A program made the translations under genes and the position numbers. The notes beneath the pieces are model-generated. The model did not search any database and was not told where the DNA came from. It saw only the letters and a list, made by a program, of their open reading frames with translations. A stretch of 64,000 bases of DNA from Verrucomicrobiota bacterium (GTDB taxonomy: Bacteria > Verrucomicrobiota > Verrucomicrobiia > Limisphaerales > UBA11358): assembly GCA_050015635.1 (NCBI GenBank), contig JBEKBA010000001.1, positions 100,978 through 164,977 of the forward strand, in the 5' to 3' direction. Positions 28,231 to 38,213 of the stretch are shown here, piece after piece. Numbering within the stretch: position 1 is the first letter of the stretch; each line of letters starts with the position of its first letter.

Positions 28231-28258
28231 TTGACAGCACATGCGATTGGGATAGACT
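28231..28258 (+). promoter_or_regulatory. Candidate sigma70-type promoter for the pilin-like gene
   Basis: TTGACA at 28231-28236, a 16-nt spacer, then TAGACT at 28253-28258, about 55 nt upstream of ATG 28313. Sequence-pattern call only. Confidence 0.3.
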
Positions 28259-28312
28259 TCGCAAACCGTCACCCGCACAAACAAAAAACAATTAAACAGA
28301 GTCAAGTATCGT

Positions 28313-29131
28313 ATGAAAAGAATCCTGAAACAGAAAATGGCCTTCACGCTCATCGAGTTGCTCGTCGTGATTGCCATCATCGCCATTCTCGCGGCCATGT
28401 TGCTGCCGGCGCTCGCCGCCGCCAAGCGCAAGGCGCAACGCATCAACTGCGTAAGCAATCTCAAGCAAATCGGCCTTGCCTTCCGCATCTGGGAAGGTGA
28501 CAACAACGACAAATTTCCGATGACCGTTGACACCAGCACGGGCGGCGCTTTGGAATATATTGCCAGCGCGTCAGGAACCGGTCCTAATGTTGGAGCCGGC
28601 ATGTCCAATAATATCGCGTTCTGTTTTGCTATGATGTCCAATGAATTGAGCACGCCGGTAATTTTGACTTGCCCATCGGATTCCACTCATAATCAGGGAA
28701 CAAACTTCGCCACACAATTTGTGACTGTCAACAACGGCGTTGCCGCTCCCTATGCCGGGAATAACGGTGGTGGTGCCATTGTCAGTTATTTCATCGGCGG
28801 TGATGCGATTGACACGGAGCCGGAGACACTCTTGAGTGGGGATCGCAATATCGGCAACGGCAACGGCGGCGGCAATCCTGCCACCGCTATGTTCAGTGGC
28901 TACGGAAATGCAGATGGTAGTGGAAGTGCAGCTGGTGGAAGTGGGACTGCTCCACAAAATGTTTCAATGATAGATTGGGCATGGACCACCGCTGATTTGC
29001 ATGAAAAATACGGCAACGTTTTACTGGGTGATGGCAGTGTGCAGCAAGAGTCAGTCAACGGACTGGTCACGGCTTTGGAAGCTGCCACCAACAACGCATC
29101 AGGCTATCTGTATTACAACTTCCCGCAATAA
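28313..29131 (+). CDS. Prepilin-type N-terminal cleavage/methylation protein of the H-X9-DG (DUF1559-like) class
   Basis: Leader [10 protein letters not shown] followed by [25 protein letters not shown]-terminal [14 protein letters not shown] fits H-X9-DG. Confidence 0.85.
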   Translation: MKRILKQKMAFTLIELLVVIAIIAILAAMLLPALAAAKRKAQRINCVSNLKQIGLAFRIWEGDNNDKFPMTVDTSTGGALEYIASASGTGPNVGAGMSNNIAFCFAMMSNELSTPVILTCPSDSTHNQGTNFATQFVTVNNGVAAPYAGNNGGGAIVSYFIGGDAIDTEPETLLSGDRNIGNGNGGGNPATAMFSGYGNADGSGSAAGGSGTAPQNVSMIDWAWTTADLHEKYGNVLLGDGSVQQESVNGLVTALEAATNNASGYLYYNFPQ

Positions 29132-29160
29132 GCGGTGACTGGTTTTTTCTTATTGAACAA

Positions 29161-29194
29161 CGAGGCATCCGCAAGGATGCCTCGTTTGATTTTG
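29161..29194 (+). terminator. Rho-independent terminator after the pilin-like gene
   Basis: Perfect 10-bp stem CGAGGCATCC / GGATGCCTCG with GCAA loop, followed by TTTGATTTTG. Confidence 0.75.
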
Positions 29195-29225
29195 TCTGAA
29201 TCAAGCCAGCGTAATAAATCGCCAA

Positions 29226-29747
29226 TCAAGGGCGGTTGGAGTCCGCACCGCCATTTTTATTTTCAACTTTTGGCACGCGCCGCTGTTCCGCAAAAAAATT
29301 TTGCAGCAACGCGCGACATTCCGCCGCGCGCACGTCACTGGTGATTTCGCAGCGGTGGTTTAACGTGGGGAATTGCAGCAGGTTTATCGCGCCGCCCGCC
29401 GCGCCGCCTTTTGGATCGCCCACGCCGAAAACGACGCGCGCCAGCCGCGTATGCACCATTGCGCCCGCGCACATCGGACACGGCTCCTTCGTCACATAAA
29501 GCGCGCAATCCGTCAGCCGCCAGTCGCCGACGGCATTCTCGGCCTGCGTGAGCGCGAGCATTTCAGCGTGCGCTGTGGCGTCCCGGAGTTGATCGACTTG
29601 ATTGAACGCGCGCGCGATAATCCGCCCCTTGCGCACGACGACCGCGCCGACCGGCACTTCACGCGCTTCATACGCTTTGACGGCCTGCCGCAACGCCTCG
29701 CCCATGAAATAATGGTCGCTCTGCAAATCAATGATCGGTTCGTCCAT
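29226..29747 (-). CDS. tadA: tRNA adenosine(34) deaminase
   Basis: CDA-fold zinc motifs HAEMLAL and PCPMCAGA. N-terminal region MGEALRQAVKAYEAREVPVGAVVV. Confidence 0.9.
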   Translation of the reverse strand: MDEPIIDLQSDHYFMGEALRQAVKAYEAREVPVGAVVVRKGRIIARAFNQVDQLRDATAHAEMLALTQAENAVGDWRLTDCALYVTKEPCPMCAGAMVHTRLARVVFGVGDPKGGAAGGAINLLQFPTLNHRCEITSDVRAAECRALLQNFFAEQRRVPKVENKNGGADSNRP

Positions 29748-29753
29748 GCAGTT

Positions 29754-30266
29754 TTAGATTTCAGATTTCCGGTTAACGATTGATTCTTCGAGCGTCCATT
29801 CGCTGCGGCCGTCGGGATGACAATGGCAGTGCGCTGCAAAAAACCCGCCGCGATGTTCCCAGAACCACGGCCAGATTTGGTCGCGATCCGTCTGCGGAAT
29901 TCTCAAACCGCCGATTGCCTCGCGCCGGAAAAATTCAAAGTGTCCTTCGCGATGATTCGGCGGCAACGATTTTAGTTTCACTTTCACCTCAAATAAAAAC
30001 ATGAGCCAGTGTGTCCGGCCCTGATAGCCGTGTTCACTGACGAGGCCGGTCAAATGCAAATCCGCCGCGCCGATTTTCACGCCGAGTTCTTCTTCCGCTT
30101 CGCGGCAGGCGCAGGCGTAAGGTGATTCACCAAGTTCCGTTTTCAATTTGCCGCCACCTGGACTCCAGAAACCACGATTCGGCTCCTGCGCGCGTTCAAG
30201 CAACAGCACCTCATCGCGCTCATTGAAACAATAGAGCAGTGTCGCAATTTTGTGGGGCAGAACCAT
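29754..30266 (-). CDS. NUDIX hydrolase
   Basis: Nudix box GGGKLKTELGESPYACACREAEEELGV. Confidence 0.85.
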   Translation of the reverse strand: MVLPHKIATLLYCFNERDEVLLLERAQEPNRGFWSPGGGKLKTELGESPYACACREAEEELGVKIGAADLHLTGLVSEHGYQGRTHWLMFLFEVKVKLKSLPPNHREGHFEFFRREAIGGLRIPQTDRDQIWPWFWEHRGGFFAAHCHCHPDGRSEWTLEESIVNRKSEI

Positions 30267-30289
30267 TCATCAAAATTTCAAACGCCGGA

Positions 30290-30314
30290 TGCCGAATGTC
30301 GAATGTAAAATTCC
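30290..30314 (-). promoter_or_regulatory. Conserved start-proximal motif, copy 2
   Basis: TGCCGAATGTCGAAT at 30290-30304 is identical to 2719-2733. It lies 24-38 nt upstream of the NUDIX ATG at 30266, in the same orientation relative to the gene. Confidence 0.4.
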
Positions 30315-30358
30315 ATTGTCACCACGCGCCAAAAAATTAGAATCGCATCTTCTGATTC

Positions 30359-31465
30359 ATGAAAAATTTCAAAATCGCGGCGCTGGCAGGCGACGGCATC
30401 GGTCCGGAAGTCATGCGCGAGGCCATCAAGGTTTTGCGCGTGGCGGAGAAAAAATTCGGCTTCAAACTTGAAATCACCGGGGCGCCGGTCGGGTGGGCGG
30501 GCATTGACACGGCGGGAAAAGCATTGCCGGACGCCACGCTCACGCTCTGCAAAAATTCCGACGCGATTTTGTTCGGCTCCGTCGGTTTGCCGGATCGCGA
30601 CCCGACAATTCCAAAGGAGGAACGCCCTGAACGCGCTGCCCTGCTGCGCATCCGCAAGGAGTTTGGTTTGTTCGCCAATCTACGCCCGGTGAAATTGCCG
30701 AAGGCTCTGGCCCATGCGTGTCCGCTGGCAAAGGAACGTCAAGGCGACGGCATTGACATTCTGGTCGTGCGCGAATTGACGGGCGGAATGTATTTCGGCC
30801 AGCCAAAAAAAACGGAGGAAATTTCCGCCGGACAATTTCGCGCGATTGACACGATGGTTTATACGACGCCGGAAATCGAGCGCATTGCGCGCGTCGCGTT
30901 CACCTCCGCGCGGTTGCGCCGTAAAAAGGTCACAAGCATTGACAAGGCGAACGTTTTGGAAAATGGAATTCTCTGGCGCGAGGTCGTCACGCGCGTCGGC
31001 AAAAATTATCCCGACGTGACGCTCGATCATATGTTTGTGGACAACGGAGCGATGCAACTGGTGTTGAGACCCGCGCAGTTCGATGTGATGCTTTGCGAAA
31101 ATATGTTTGGTGATATTTTGAGTGACGAAGCGGCGGCGCTCGGTGGTTCGCTTGGAATGCTGCCCAGCGCAAGTCTCGGCGCAACGAACAGCGAAAATAC
31201 CTTTGGCTTTTATGAACCGGCGGGCGGCACCGCGCCGGACATCGCGGGCAAAAATCTGGCGAATCCGATTGCGGAGATTTTGTCCGCCGCGCTCATGTTG
31301 CGTTACAGTTTTGGTTTGAACGAAGCGGCGGCGGCAATTGAATCGGCGATGACCAAAGCGATTGAATCGGGCAATCGCACCGGTGACATTTTTAATCCGG
31401 ACGAACTGAACGCCCGTAAAGTCGGCACGCGCGAAATGGGTGATGTTATTGCGGCGGCGATGTAA
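30359..31465 (+). CDS. leuB: 3-isopropylmalate dehydrogenase
   Basis: KIAALAGDGIGPEV, NLRP, VRELTGGMYFG, DKANVL, GSLGMLPSASLG and GTAPDIAG. Confidence 0.92.
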   Translation: MKNFKIAALAGDGIGPEVMREAIKVLRVAEKKFGFKLEITGAPVGWAGIDTAGKALPDATLTLCKNSDAILFGSVGLPDRDPTIPKEERPERAALLRIRKEFGLFANLRPVKLPKALAHACPLAKERQGDGIDILVVRELTGGMYFGQPKKTEEISAGQFRAIDTMVYTTPEIERIARVAFTSARLRRKKVTSIDKANVLENGILWREVVTRVGKNYPDVTLDHMFVDNGAMQLVLRPAQFDVMLCENMFGDILSDEAAALGGSLGMLPSASLGATNSENTFGFYEPAGGTAPDIAGKNLANPIAEILSAALMLRYSFGLNEAAAAIESAMTKAIESGNRTGDIFNPDELNARKVGTREMGDVIAAAM

Positions 31466-31842
31466 TTATTTTACTTCCGATAACAACCGACTGGAAGGCG
31501 GACGGGCATCGTGCCGATAAAAGCCACTCGCGTTTGAGCGCGGAATTGACAGGCTGGAAGCGCCATGACCGCTAATTATTCGCGCGATATGCAAAGCCGG
31601 AATAATTCCTTGGTTTTTTCCTGCTTCACGTTTCAAACACTTACGTCTCACCTTGTTCTTGAACGGGCGCAACCCTCTCAATTTTTGGGTTTGGCAACCC
31701 CTTCCCTTAAAAGCTGTCCACAACTTTCACGCAGGATTCAGGCAGTTGTGACCGGCCCCCAATAAAAATTTAGTAGGCGCGCATGAACGAACGGATTACC
31801 ATCAGTGTCGAAAGTTTCCATATCGCAATCGTTGAAGCGCAA

Positions 31843-33348
31843 ATGAAAAAAATTCTCTGCTTGTTGCTGATAACGTCAGTCGCTCACGTCCGCGCCGTTG
31901 ATGCGCCGCAAACAAATTCGCCCGCGCCAAAAATTGACGCCGCGATGATTCCCGACGCCACGCACAAACCGGTTTTCATAACGAACACCGTCACCATCGC
32001 CGGTCAGCGCGTGGCTTACGTCGCTGAAACGGGAATGTTGCCGATCCTCAAAGATGACGGCACGACGCGCGCCTCGGTTTTCTACATCGCCTACACGCGC
32101 GTCGGCGAAACAAATGTATCGGCGCGTCCCATCACGTTTTGCTTCAATGGTGGTCCCGGTTCGTCGTCCGTGTGGCTGCATCTCGGCGCGCTCGGTCCGC
32201 GCCGCGTGAAGATGAACGAAGACGGCACGCTGCCGCCGCCGCCGTTCGGCCTCGAAGACAATAAGTATTCCATTCTGGGCGCGAGCGATTTGGTTTTCAT
32301 TGATCCGGTTGCGACCGGTTTCAGCCGTCCGGCGAAGGACGAAAAGGCCGACGCATTTTTCGGCGATTCCGCCGACCTCGATTCCGTCGGCGAATTCATC
32401 CGGCTCTGGACCACGCGGCATGAACGCTGGCTCTCGCCGAAATATCTCTGTGGCGAAAGCTACGGTGTTTTTCGCGCTGCCGGTCTCGCCGACCATTTGC
32501 GTTCGCGCTACGGAATGTATTTGAACGGATTGATTCTCGTTTCCGGCGTTTTGGATTTTGCGACCATCTGGAACGATCCCGGCAACGACCTGCCGTATCC
32601 ACTTTATTTGCCGGCCTACACGGCGGCGGCGCAGTTCCATAAAAAATTGCCGGATGATTTGCAGAACGATTTGACCAGGGCGCTTGCCGAGTCGCGCGAA
32701 TTTGCCAGGGGGGAATACGCCTCCGCTTTGCAGCAGGGCGACTCGCTCTCCGCCCGTGAACGGGAAAAAATCGTCGCCGAACTCGCGCGGCTTACCGGCC
32801 TTTCGCCGCAAATCATCAAGGACAACGATTTGCGGATTGACGAAGGCGTTTTCCGCAAACAATTGCTGCACGATCAGGGTCTGATTCTCGGTGCTTACGA
32901 CGCGCGCATCACGGGTCGCGATGACGACCCGGCATCGCCAACCCCCGATTTTGATCCGTCCGAAGCGGCGACGCTTGGACCGTTTTCCGCCGCGATGAAT
33001 TCCTACGTGCGCGGTGAATTGAAATTCGAGGACGATTTACCCTACGAAATCCTTGCCGGCGTGCAGCCGTGGAATTACGGCGTTCATAACAGCTACGCCA
33101 GCGCGGGCGACAAACTCGCGTCCACAATGAACCAGAATCCGTTCATGCGCGTACTCGTGCTCGGCGGACGGTGCGATCTGGTCTGTCCGATTGACACCGT
33201 GCATTACGCGCTCGACCACATGGCGCTAGATGCCACTTACCGCACGAATATCACTTACGTCGAGTTCGACGCCGGCCACATGATGTATATCAATCTGCCC
33301 GATTTGAAAAAGATGCAGAAAGTTTTTAAAAATTTTCTGAACCCGTAA
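31843..33348 (+). CDS. Secreted serine carboxypeptidase-like protein (peptidase S10 family)
   Basis: Signal peptide MKKILCLLLITSVAHVRA, NGGPGSSSVW, catalytic-serine context GESYG, C-terminal AGHMMY. Start trimmed to ATG 31843. Confidence 0.8.
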   Translation: MKKILCLLLITSVAHVRAVDAPQTNSPAPKIDAAMIPDATHKPVFITNTVTIAGQRVAYVAETGMLPILKDDGTTRASVFYIAYTRVGETNVSARPITFCFNGGPGSSSVWLHLGALGPRRVKMNEDGTLPPPPFGLEDNKYSILGASDLVFIDPVATGFSRPAKDEKADAFFGDSADLDSVGEFIRLWTTRHERWLSPKYLCGESYGVFRAAGLADHLRSRYGMYLNGLILVSGVLDFATIWNDPGNDLPYPLYLPAYTAAAQFHKKLPDDLQNDLTRALAESREFARGEYASALQQGDSLSAREREKIVAELARLTGLSPQIIKDNDLRIDEGVFRKQLLHDQGLILGAYDARITGRDDDPASPTPDFDPSEAATLGPFSAAMNSYVRGELKFEDDLPYEILAGVQPWNYGVHNSYASAGDKLASTMNQNPFMRVLVLGGRCDLVCPIDTVHYALDHMALDATYRTNITYVEFDAGHMMYINLPDLKKMQKVFKNFLNP

Positions 33349-33350
33349 AA

Positions 33351-34382
33351 TTATTCACGGACGCGGATTGACGTTTTAATTGCGGAATTTCCGGCGGTAA
33401 TTGACTTGAATAATTCCGGCAACTGCGTCAACGGACACTCGCCGTCCACAAAATCCGCCGCGCGAATCACGCCCGCCTCGATGAATTCCAGCGCGAGCCG
33501 GATCGTGCGCGGTGTGTGATGAAAACTCGCGAGCAGGGTTAAATTCGAATAATGAATCAACTGTGTGTCGAGCGAAACCGTTGTGCCGGAAGGACAGCCG
33601 CCAAAAAAATTCACCGCGCCGCCTTTGCGCACGAGATGCACGGCGGCTTCCCAAACTTTAGGACGGCCAACCGCTTCAATGACTGCGTCAAAATGCGTCC
33701 TTGTTGCTTTGTGAATTTTTGTGACGAGATTTTCGCCGTCGCCAATGTCAATGACTTCACTTGCGCCAAGCCGCCGCGCCGCCGCCATTCGCGCCGCGTG
33801 GCGACCGGCCACCGCGATGTTGCAACCAAAATTTTTCGCCAGCGCGACGAACATCAAACCAATCGGTCCGGCGCCGATGACGAGCACATTTTGTCCCGCT
33901 CGCAATTGTGTGTCCTCGACGCCCTGAACGACGCACGCGAGCGGTTCGGTGAGCGCGGCATTGTGGAAATCCGTTTTTGGTTTGAGCCGCAGCAGATTTT
34001 TTTGAACGAGCCGCGCGGGAACAACGATGGATTCCGCGTAGGCACCGTTGAGAAATAGTAAATCTTCGCAAAGGTTTTCCTGGTTGTTATTGCAAAAAAA
34101 ACAGCGGTCGCAAGGCGCGGAATTGGCCGCGACCACGCGCTCACCGGTTTTCCAAAGGCGAACGTCAGGGGCAATTTCCGAAATCACGCCGGAAAGTTCA
34201 TGGCCAAAAACGGCGGGCGGTATGATCATCCTGGCGTGATAGCCGCGCTTGAAAACCTTGAGGTCGGTGCCGCAGGTGAGCGCGGCTTCGATGCGGATGC
34301 GGACTTCACCGGGCTTGAGCGCGGGTGGCACGATGTTTTCAATCCGGATCTTTTCCTGCCCGTGCAGGATGGCGGCTTTCAC
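33351..34382 (-). CDS. Zinc-dependent medium-chain alcohol/polyol dehydrogenase
   Basis: CGTDLK, GHELSG, structural-zinc Cys cluster CDRCFFCNNNQENLC, Rossmann motif VIGAGPIGL. Confidence 0.85.
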   Translation of the reverse strand: MKAAILHGQEKIRIENIVPPALKPGEVRIRIEAALTCGTDLKVFKRGYHARMIIPPAVFGHELSGVISEIAPDVRLWKTGERVVAANSAPCDRCFFCNNNQENLCEDLLFLNGAYAESIVVPARLVQKNLLRLKPKTDFHNAALTEPLACVVQGVEDTQLRAGQNVLVIGAGPIGLMFVALAKNFGCNIAVAGRHAARMAAARRLGASEVIDIGDGENLVTKIHKATRTHFDAVIEAVGRPKVWEAAVHLVRKGGAVNFFGGCPSGTTVSLDTQLIHYSNLTLLASFHHTPRTIRLALEFIEAGVIRAADFVDGECPLTQLPELFKSITAGNSAIKTSIRVRE

Positions 34383-34444
34383 GCGCGCAGTTTATGACCG
34401 GGAATGGCCGGAGCGAAAGAAAAGTTTTAACGCCGGGTCTTCAG

Positions 34445-36238
34445 CTAGTTGTCCGTCCACTGTCCTCGAATCATGGCCTTGACTGAAGGTTCAAGGGGCG
34501 GAGACCCGTTTTGCGACTTAAAATTGACGTCAAAGGCCCATTTGCGCGTGGGCGCGTTGTAATAATTACCGGTTGGTTGCCAGCGGTTCGTTGCGTATTG
34601 ACTCGGGAACATGACGACAATCGAACCGTTGTAAGTCAGTGTGTCACCGCTCCAGTCTTCCAGCAAGCGAAGGAAATTTTCCACGCCGCCGCTGTAATTT
34701 GTGCCGCTTGATTCAACGATTCCTTCGAACGCCGCGGCATTGACCGTGGTGTTGGCGGGGATGCGATCGGTGTATGGCAGGCCGTTGGTATAGGTCGCGT
34801 CATTCCAATCGGCGGAAAGAAGAGTGATGGCATCGCCGATAAGCGCGGCCGGCACGGTGTTGGCCACATTTGTCGTGTTGTTGAGCGAGGTGCCGTTGGC
34901 GTTGTAATTGCCCAGTACATATATCGGGTCGGGAGTGACGACCGTGAGGCCGGCGGCCGGCAGAACAGAACCATTTGACAACCGCACAGCCGGAAGATTC
35001 GTATTGGACATGGGAACATTGTTATAGACATAGACGGAATTAATGTTGTGCTGCTGGACTGCATTGTTAGCCTGGTTGTCAGCGATGCCAACGAGGGAGT
35101 TTGTGAGCCATGCGCCCAGCGCGCCTACGTTTACCTGCACGGCATTAACAGTTTTCCCCTCCCGGTAATCATAGAAATTGACGTTGGTCGCGAATGAATA
35201 TTGATTGAGGTTTGTTGTTATTGTTATCCCGTTCGTCGAAAGTGTCAGCAGACCGGCATTATAAGGGATGGCGGAAATGGTATTGCTGTTCTGGAAAAAG
35301 GCCGAGATGGTGCCGCTGGAAGAGTTCGAAATGATGATGTCGGCCTGGTTGTAAAAATACGGGCTCAAGGGATTGGTGCTTTCCGCTGATGGCGGAAGGT
35401 TGAGGAGGGCCTGAACAGCGGCGGGAGACGAATTGGTGCCAATTGGCATGGTCAGCGCGTCCTGGTCGGAGGCCGGCGCCCCGCCGGTAAAACCAACGAG
35501 ACCGCTGCCAGTGTAATTGGTATCATTCGGTATGTAGGGGTCAGCCGTTTGGGCGGCTGTGGTGTTGGTATAAACTGATCCAACGGCGGCAACTGACGAA
35601 TTAAAATTCAGATTTGAAGTGCCCGCCCAGAGGCCTCCATTCGAGAATACCGGGCCAGTGACACTCATGTTTGCGCCGGGATCAATCTCCATGTTCAAAT
35701 TGTAAAAAATGGCGAACTGGAAGATGGGGATGGAGACCAGTTGAAATTGCTCCGTGACTGTGGCCGGCACGGTATATTGCTGATTATTGGGAGTGGCCTT
35801 GGAAGTGACGGTGCAATTCGCGGAGGCGGCGTAAAGACCCGCATATTGATTAAACAATTGCACTATGTTGGTAGTCCAGAGTTGGGGGCTGGTGCTCACG
35901 GCCGTTTGACCGGCCACGCCTGAACCGTTGCTGAATGTGTATGAAATGGGCCAACCGGTTGTGACGGGTAGATCACCGCTATAATAGTTGGCGGTGGTGG
36001 TGTTTAAGGCCTGGTCGTAAAAGTCACGTTCCATGTAGGCGATGACGGTTTCATCGGCGGCTTCAGCCGCGCCGGAGCTTGTGTTGAACAGATTATTCCG
36101 CAGCGTCTGTTTGGCGCTGCTGTTGGACCAATTCATGACACTGACCAGGAGCAGCAGGGTGATGCCAATGAACGTCAGCGTGAACAATAGCGCGTAGCCT
36201 TTTTCACGGCGTTGAAATGTTTTGCGAATGTTTTTCAT
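34445..36238 (-). CDS. Large PilX/GspK-like minor pilin, N/T/S-rich
   Basis: N-terminus KGYALLFTLTFIGITLLLLVSVMNWSNSSAKQTL...AAEAADE resembles PilX_N-type pseudopilins. It is the last gene of a three-gene pilin operon. Confidence 0.55.
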   Translation of the reverse strand: MKNIRKTFQRREKGYALLFTLTFIGITLLLLVSVMNWSNSSAKQTLRNNLFNTSSGAAEAADETVIAYMERDFYDQALNTTTANYYSGDLPVTTGWPISYTFSNGSGVAGQTAVSTSPQLWTTNIVQLFNQYAGLYAASANCTVTSKATPNNQQYTVPATVTEQFQLVSIPIFQFAIFYNLNMEIDPGANMSVTGPVFSNGGLWAGTSNLNFNSSVAAVGSVYTNTTAAQTADPYIPNDTNYTGSGLVGFTGGAPASDQDALTMPIGTNSSPAAVQALLNLPPSAESTNPLSPYFYNQADIIISNSSSGTISAFFQNSNTISAIPYNAGLLTLSTNGITITTNLNQYSFATNVNFYDYREGKTVNAVQVNVGALGAWLTNSLVGIADNQANNAVQQHNINSVYVYNNVPMSNTNLPAVRLSNGSVLPAAGLTVVTPDPIYVLGNYNANGTSLNNTTNVANTVPAALIGDAITLLSADWNDATYTNGLPYTDRIPANTTVNAAAFEGIVESSGTNYSGGVENFLRLLEDWSGDTLTYNGSIVVMFPSQYATNRWQPTGNYYNAPTRKWAFDVNFKSQNGSPPLEPSVKAMIRGQWTDN

Positions 36239-36279
36239 AGGCTGCCTTCGGTTTTTCTTTTGGTATTTTCAACCGTCAT

Positions 36280-36882
36280 CTAAAATTGTGCGCGCGGGGT
36301 TGCCCGTGTTTCCAACTGGTAAAAATCCTTTGTGTTGGTCGGCGTTGAATAATTCATGTTGGAAAACAGCAAAGTCATGTGAATCGTGTAATGCTGGCTG
36401 CCTGTCACGATGTTGCTGCCCTGGTAATTCTCGGCCTGGAAAGGTTGCGAATTGATAATAGAATCGGCGAGATCCGTGATGCCATTGGTATATGTTTTCT
36501 CGTAAAGACGGTTTGAAGCCGTATTCAAGTAGAAAACAACGTAGTTGGCTGCATTGTTTGAAATTTGCACGGCATTGCCGATTTGCGCGCTGGTGCTTGA
36601 GATGCTGGTGAAGGTGCCGCTGCTTACGTTTCCGACCAGAACCGAGTTTGTCGCCTCTCGAACCGTATTGCAGATATTATCCAGCGCCTTGAGGCTGCCT
36701 GCTGTGAAAATCGTCTTGGCCGAGGTGAAGGTATTCATCCTCAAACCAAAAACCTGCAGCGAGACCATCGCGATCACGACCAGCATAAAAACGGCCATGC
36801 TGACCATTATTTCTGTCAACGTAAAGGCGGCCGCCGGCCCAACCGACGGCCGGTGCGATACATTGTTGGCTGAGAATTTCAT
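36280..36882 (-). CDS. Prepilin-type minor pilin (PilW/GspJ-like)
   Basis: AAFTLTEIMVSMAVFMLVVIAMVSL N-terminal methylation-type hydrophobic segment. Confidence 0.7.
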   Translation of the reverse strand: MKFSANNVSHRPSVGPAAAFTLTEIMVSMAVFMLVVIAMVSLQVFGLRMNTFTSAKTIFTAGSLKALDNICNTVREATNSVLVGNVSSGTFTSISSTSAQIGNAVQISNNAANYVVFYLNTASNRLYEKTYTNGITDLADSIINSQPFQAENYQGSNIVTGSQHYTIHMTLLFSNMNYSTPTNTKDFYQLETRATPRAQF

Positions 36883-36886
36883 ACGT

Positions 36887-37357
36887 TTATTCGTCCGGCG
36901 CGCGACAAATTATTGCGGTGTTGGTGAACGGGTTTCCGTTGAATGGAAAATTCCACACGCATTGGGCCTTGATTTCTCGCAACGGCGGATTGTTGTTATT
37001 TCTCTGTGTGAGCGTGACGGTGGTGACGACATTGGTTGCTATACCAGTTGAAGGAATGAGCATGGCGTTTGTCCGGTAATAGTTTGTGTACCCCGGCGAG
37101 ACGGGAACGGGAAGTTGATCAACCGCAGTCACATGAGTATCCCATTGCGCCGCGCGCGCCTGCTCAACGGCTTCAGCCGCCAGTGATTGAGCCGCCAGCG
37201 ACATCGAACTCCATGTCGCATTCTGGTTGGTTTGGATATAGCCCCAAATCATCCCCGCCATCACCAGCGCCATGATGATGATTGACACGACCACCTCCAT
37301 CAGAGTGAAGCCTGCGTTTGCCTTCCGCTGATGCGTTTGTCCAAAGCGAGCCAACAT
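36887..37357 (-). CDS. Prepilin-type minor pilin (PilV/GspI-like)
   Basis: Leader ending in G followed by FTLMEVVVSIIIMALVMAGMIW. Confidence 0.75.
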   Translation of the reverse strand: MLARFGQTHQRKANAGFTLMEVVVSIIIMALVMAGMIWGYIQTNQNATWSSMSLAAQSLAAEAVEQARAAQWDTHVTAVDQLPVPVSPGYTNYYRTNAMLIPSTGIATNVVTTVTLTQRNNNNPPLREIKAQCVWNFPFNGNPFTNTAIICRAPDE

Positions 37358-37562
37358 AATAAAATTGTAAATTCAGGAACCAGGATGCCTGTCTGCCGGA
37401 GTTTTGTGCAGCAAGGCACATACCATTATGTCCTTGTGCTGATTAAGGAGTGAAACGTCCCCAATGTCGGGTTTGGCGACCGCAGGCTGTCCTGTAATTT
37501 GACAAAACGGCGTGCCGCGTGACAGCTACGACACCAGGCAAGTGGCGTGCCGCCGCCGGAAC

Positions 37563-38213
37563 TCAAAGCGCAATCGGGTTGCGCGGCGGCGCTTTGACAA
37601 AATTCGTCTCGCGCAAATAAACCGGTTCCAGCTTTTCGCCCGCGACAAAATCATTTCGACCCGCCGCCAGTTTTACCAGCGTCGCTGCGCGCGGGAAAAA
37701 TGTCCGGCCATTCGGAAACCAATGCGTCACCTCCGGGCCGATCAAAATTTCCCCCGCGTCTGCGCGTGCTTGAACTTCCGCAAGAGTCAAAATCCGCAAC
37801 GGCTCGATTTCCCTCCACCCGTCCGCCGAAATTTCATACGCCGCCAGATAAAATTCATTCCGCTGCGCGTCAATGACCACGTTCACCCGGCCCAAAATCT
37901 TTTCCATCCGCGCCTCTTGCGCCAGACAGTCCACGCTGCCGACGCCCAGTAATTTCACACCGCGCGCCAATTGCCAGCCCTGCGCCAGCGCAATCGCCGC
38001 GCGGATGCCGGTGTAAGAACCCGGCCCCAGCCCGACGGCAACCACTTCTATTTCCTCACGCTCGATTTTCGCTTCCGCCAAAACCCTCTCAATCATGCCG
38101 AACGCATTTGTTCCGCGCCCGCCGGTTTCGACGGCCCCGGCCAGGTCGCGGCCGGCGCGCGCAACCGCCACGCTCCGTTGCGGCGGGGAAAATTCAAGCG
38201 CCAAAATCGTCAT
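37563..38213 (-). CDS. tsaB: tRNA t6A37 biosynthesis protein TsaB
   Basis: MTILALEFS...VAVGLGPGSYTGIRAAIALAQGW. Confidence 0.85.
   Translation of the reverse strand: MTILALEFSPPQRSVAVARAGRDLAGAVETGGRGTNAFGMIERVLAEAKIEREEIEVVAVGLGPGSYTGIRAAIALAQGWQLARGVKLLGVGSVDCLAQEARMEKILGRVNVVIDAQRNEFYLAAYEISADGWREIEPLRILTLAEVQARADAGEILIGPEVTHWFPNGRTFFPRAATLVKLAAGRNDFVAGEKLEPVYLRETNFVKAPPRNPIAL

Noticed and set aside
28105-28686. A 193-aa minus-strand ORF spanning the glyQS/pilin intergenic region and the 5' part of the pilin-like gene.
   Set aside because: It overlaps the clear prepilin leader and hydrophobic segment on the plus strand and runs through an AT-rich non-coding spacer. No motifs recognised.
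29748-29775. The tandem AGATTTC AGATTTC between tadA and the NUDIX gene, which supplies the NUDIX C-terminus ...RKSEI-stop.
   Set aside because: It is a single short tandem duplication, too small to assign to a repeat family within this window. Noted only as another case of a gene end running into a simple repeat.
31466-31842. A 377-bp gap after leuB containing GGAA-loop-like strings (CTGGAAGGCGG, GCTGGAAGCGCC) that briefly suggested SRP RNA, plus ORFs 31466-31723 and 31565-31765.
   Set aside because: The conserved SRP domain IV sequence (GGAAGCAGCC...GGCAG context) is not present. The two ORFs overlap each other on opposite strands and have no motifs. Left unannotated.
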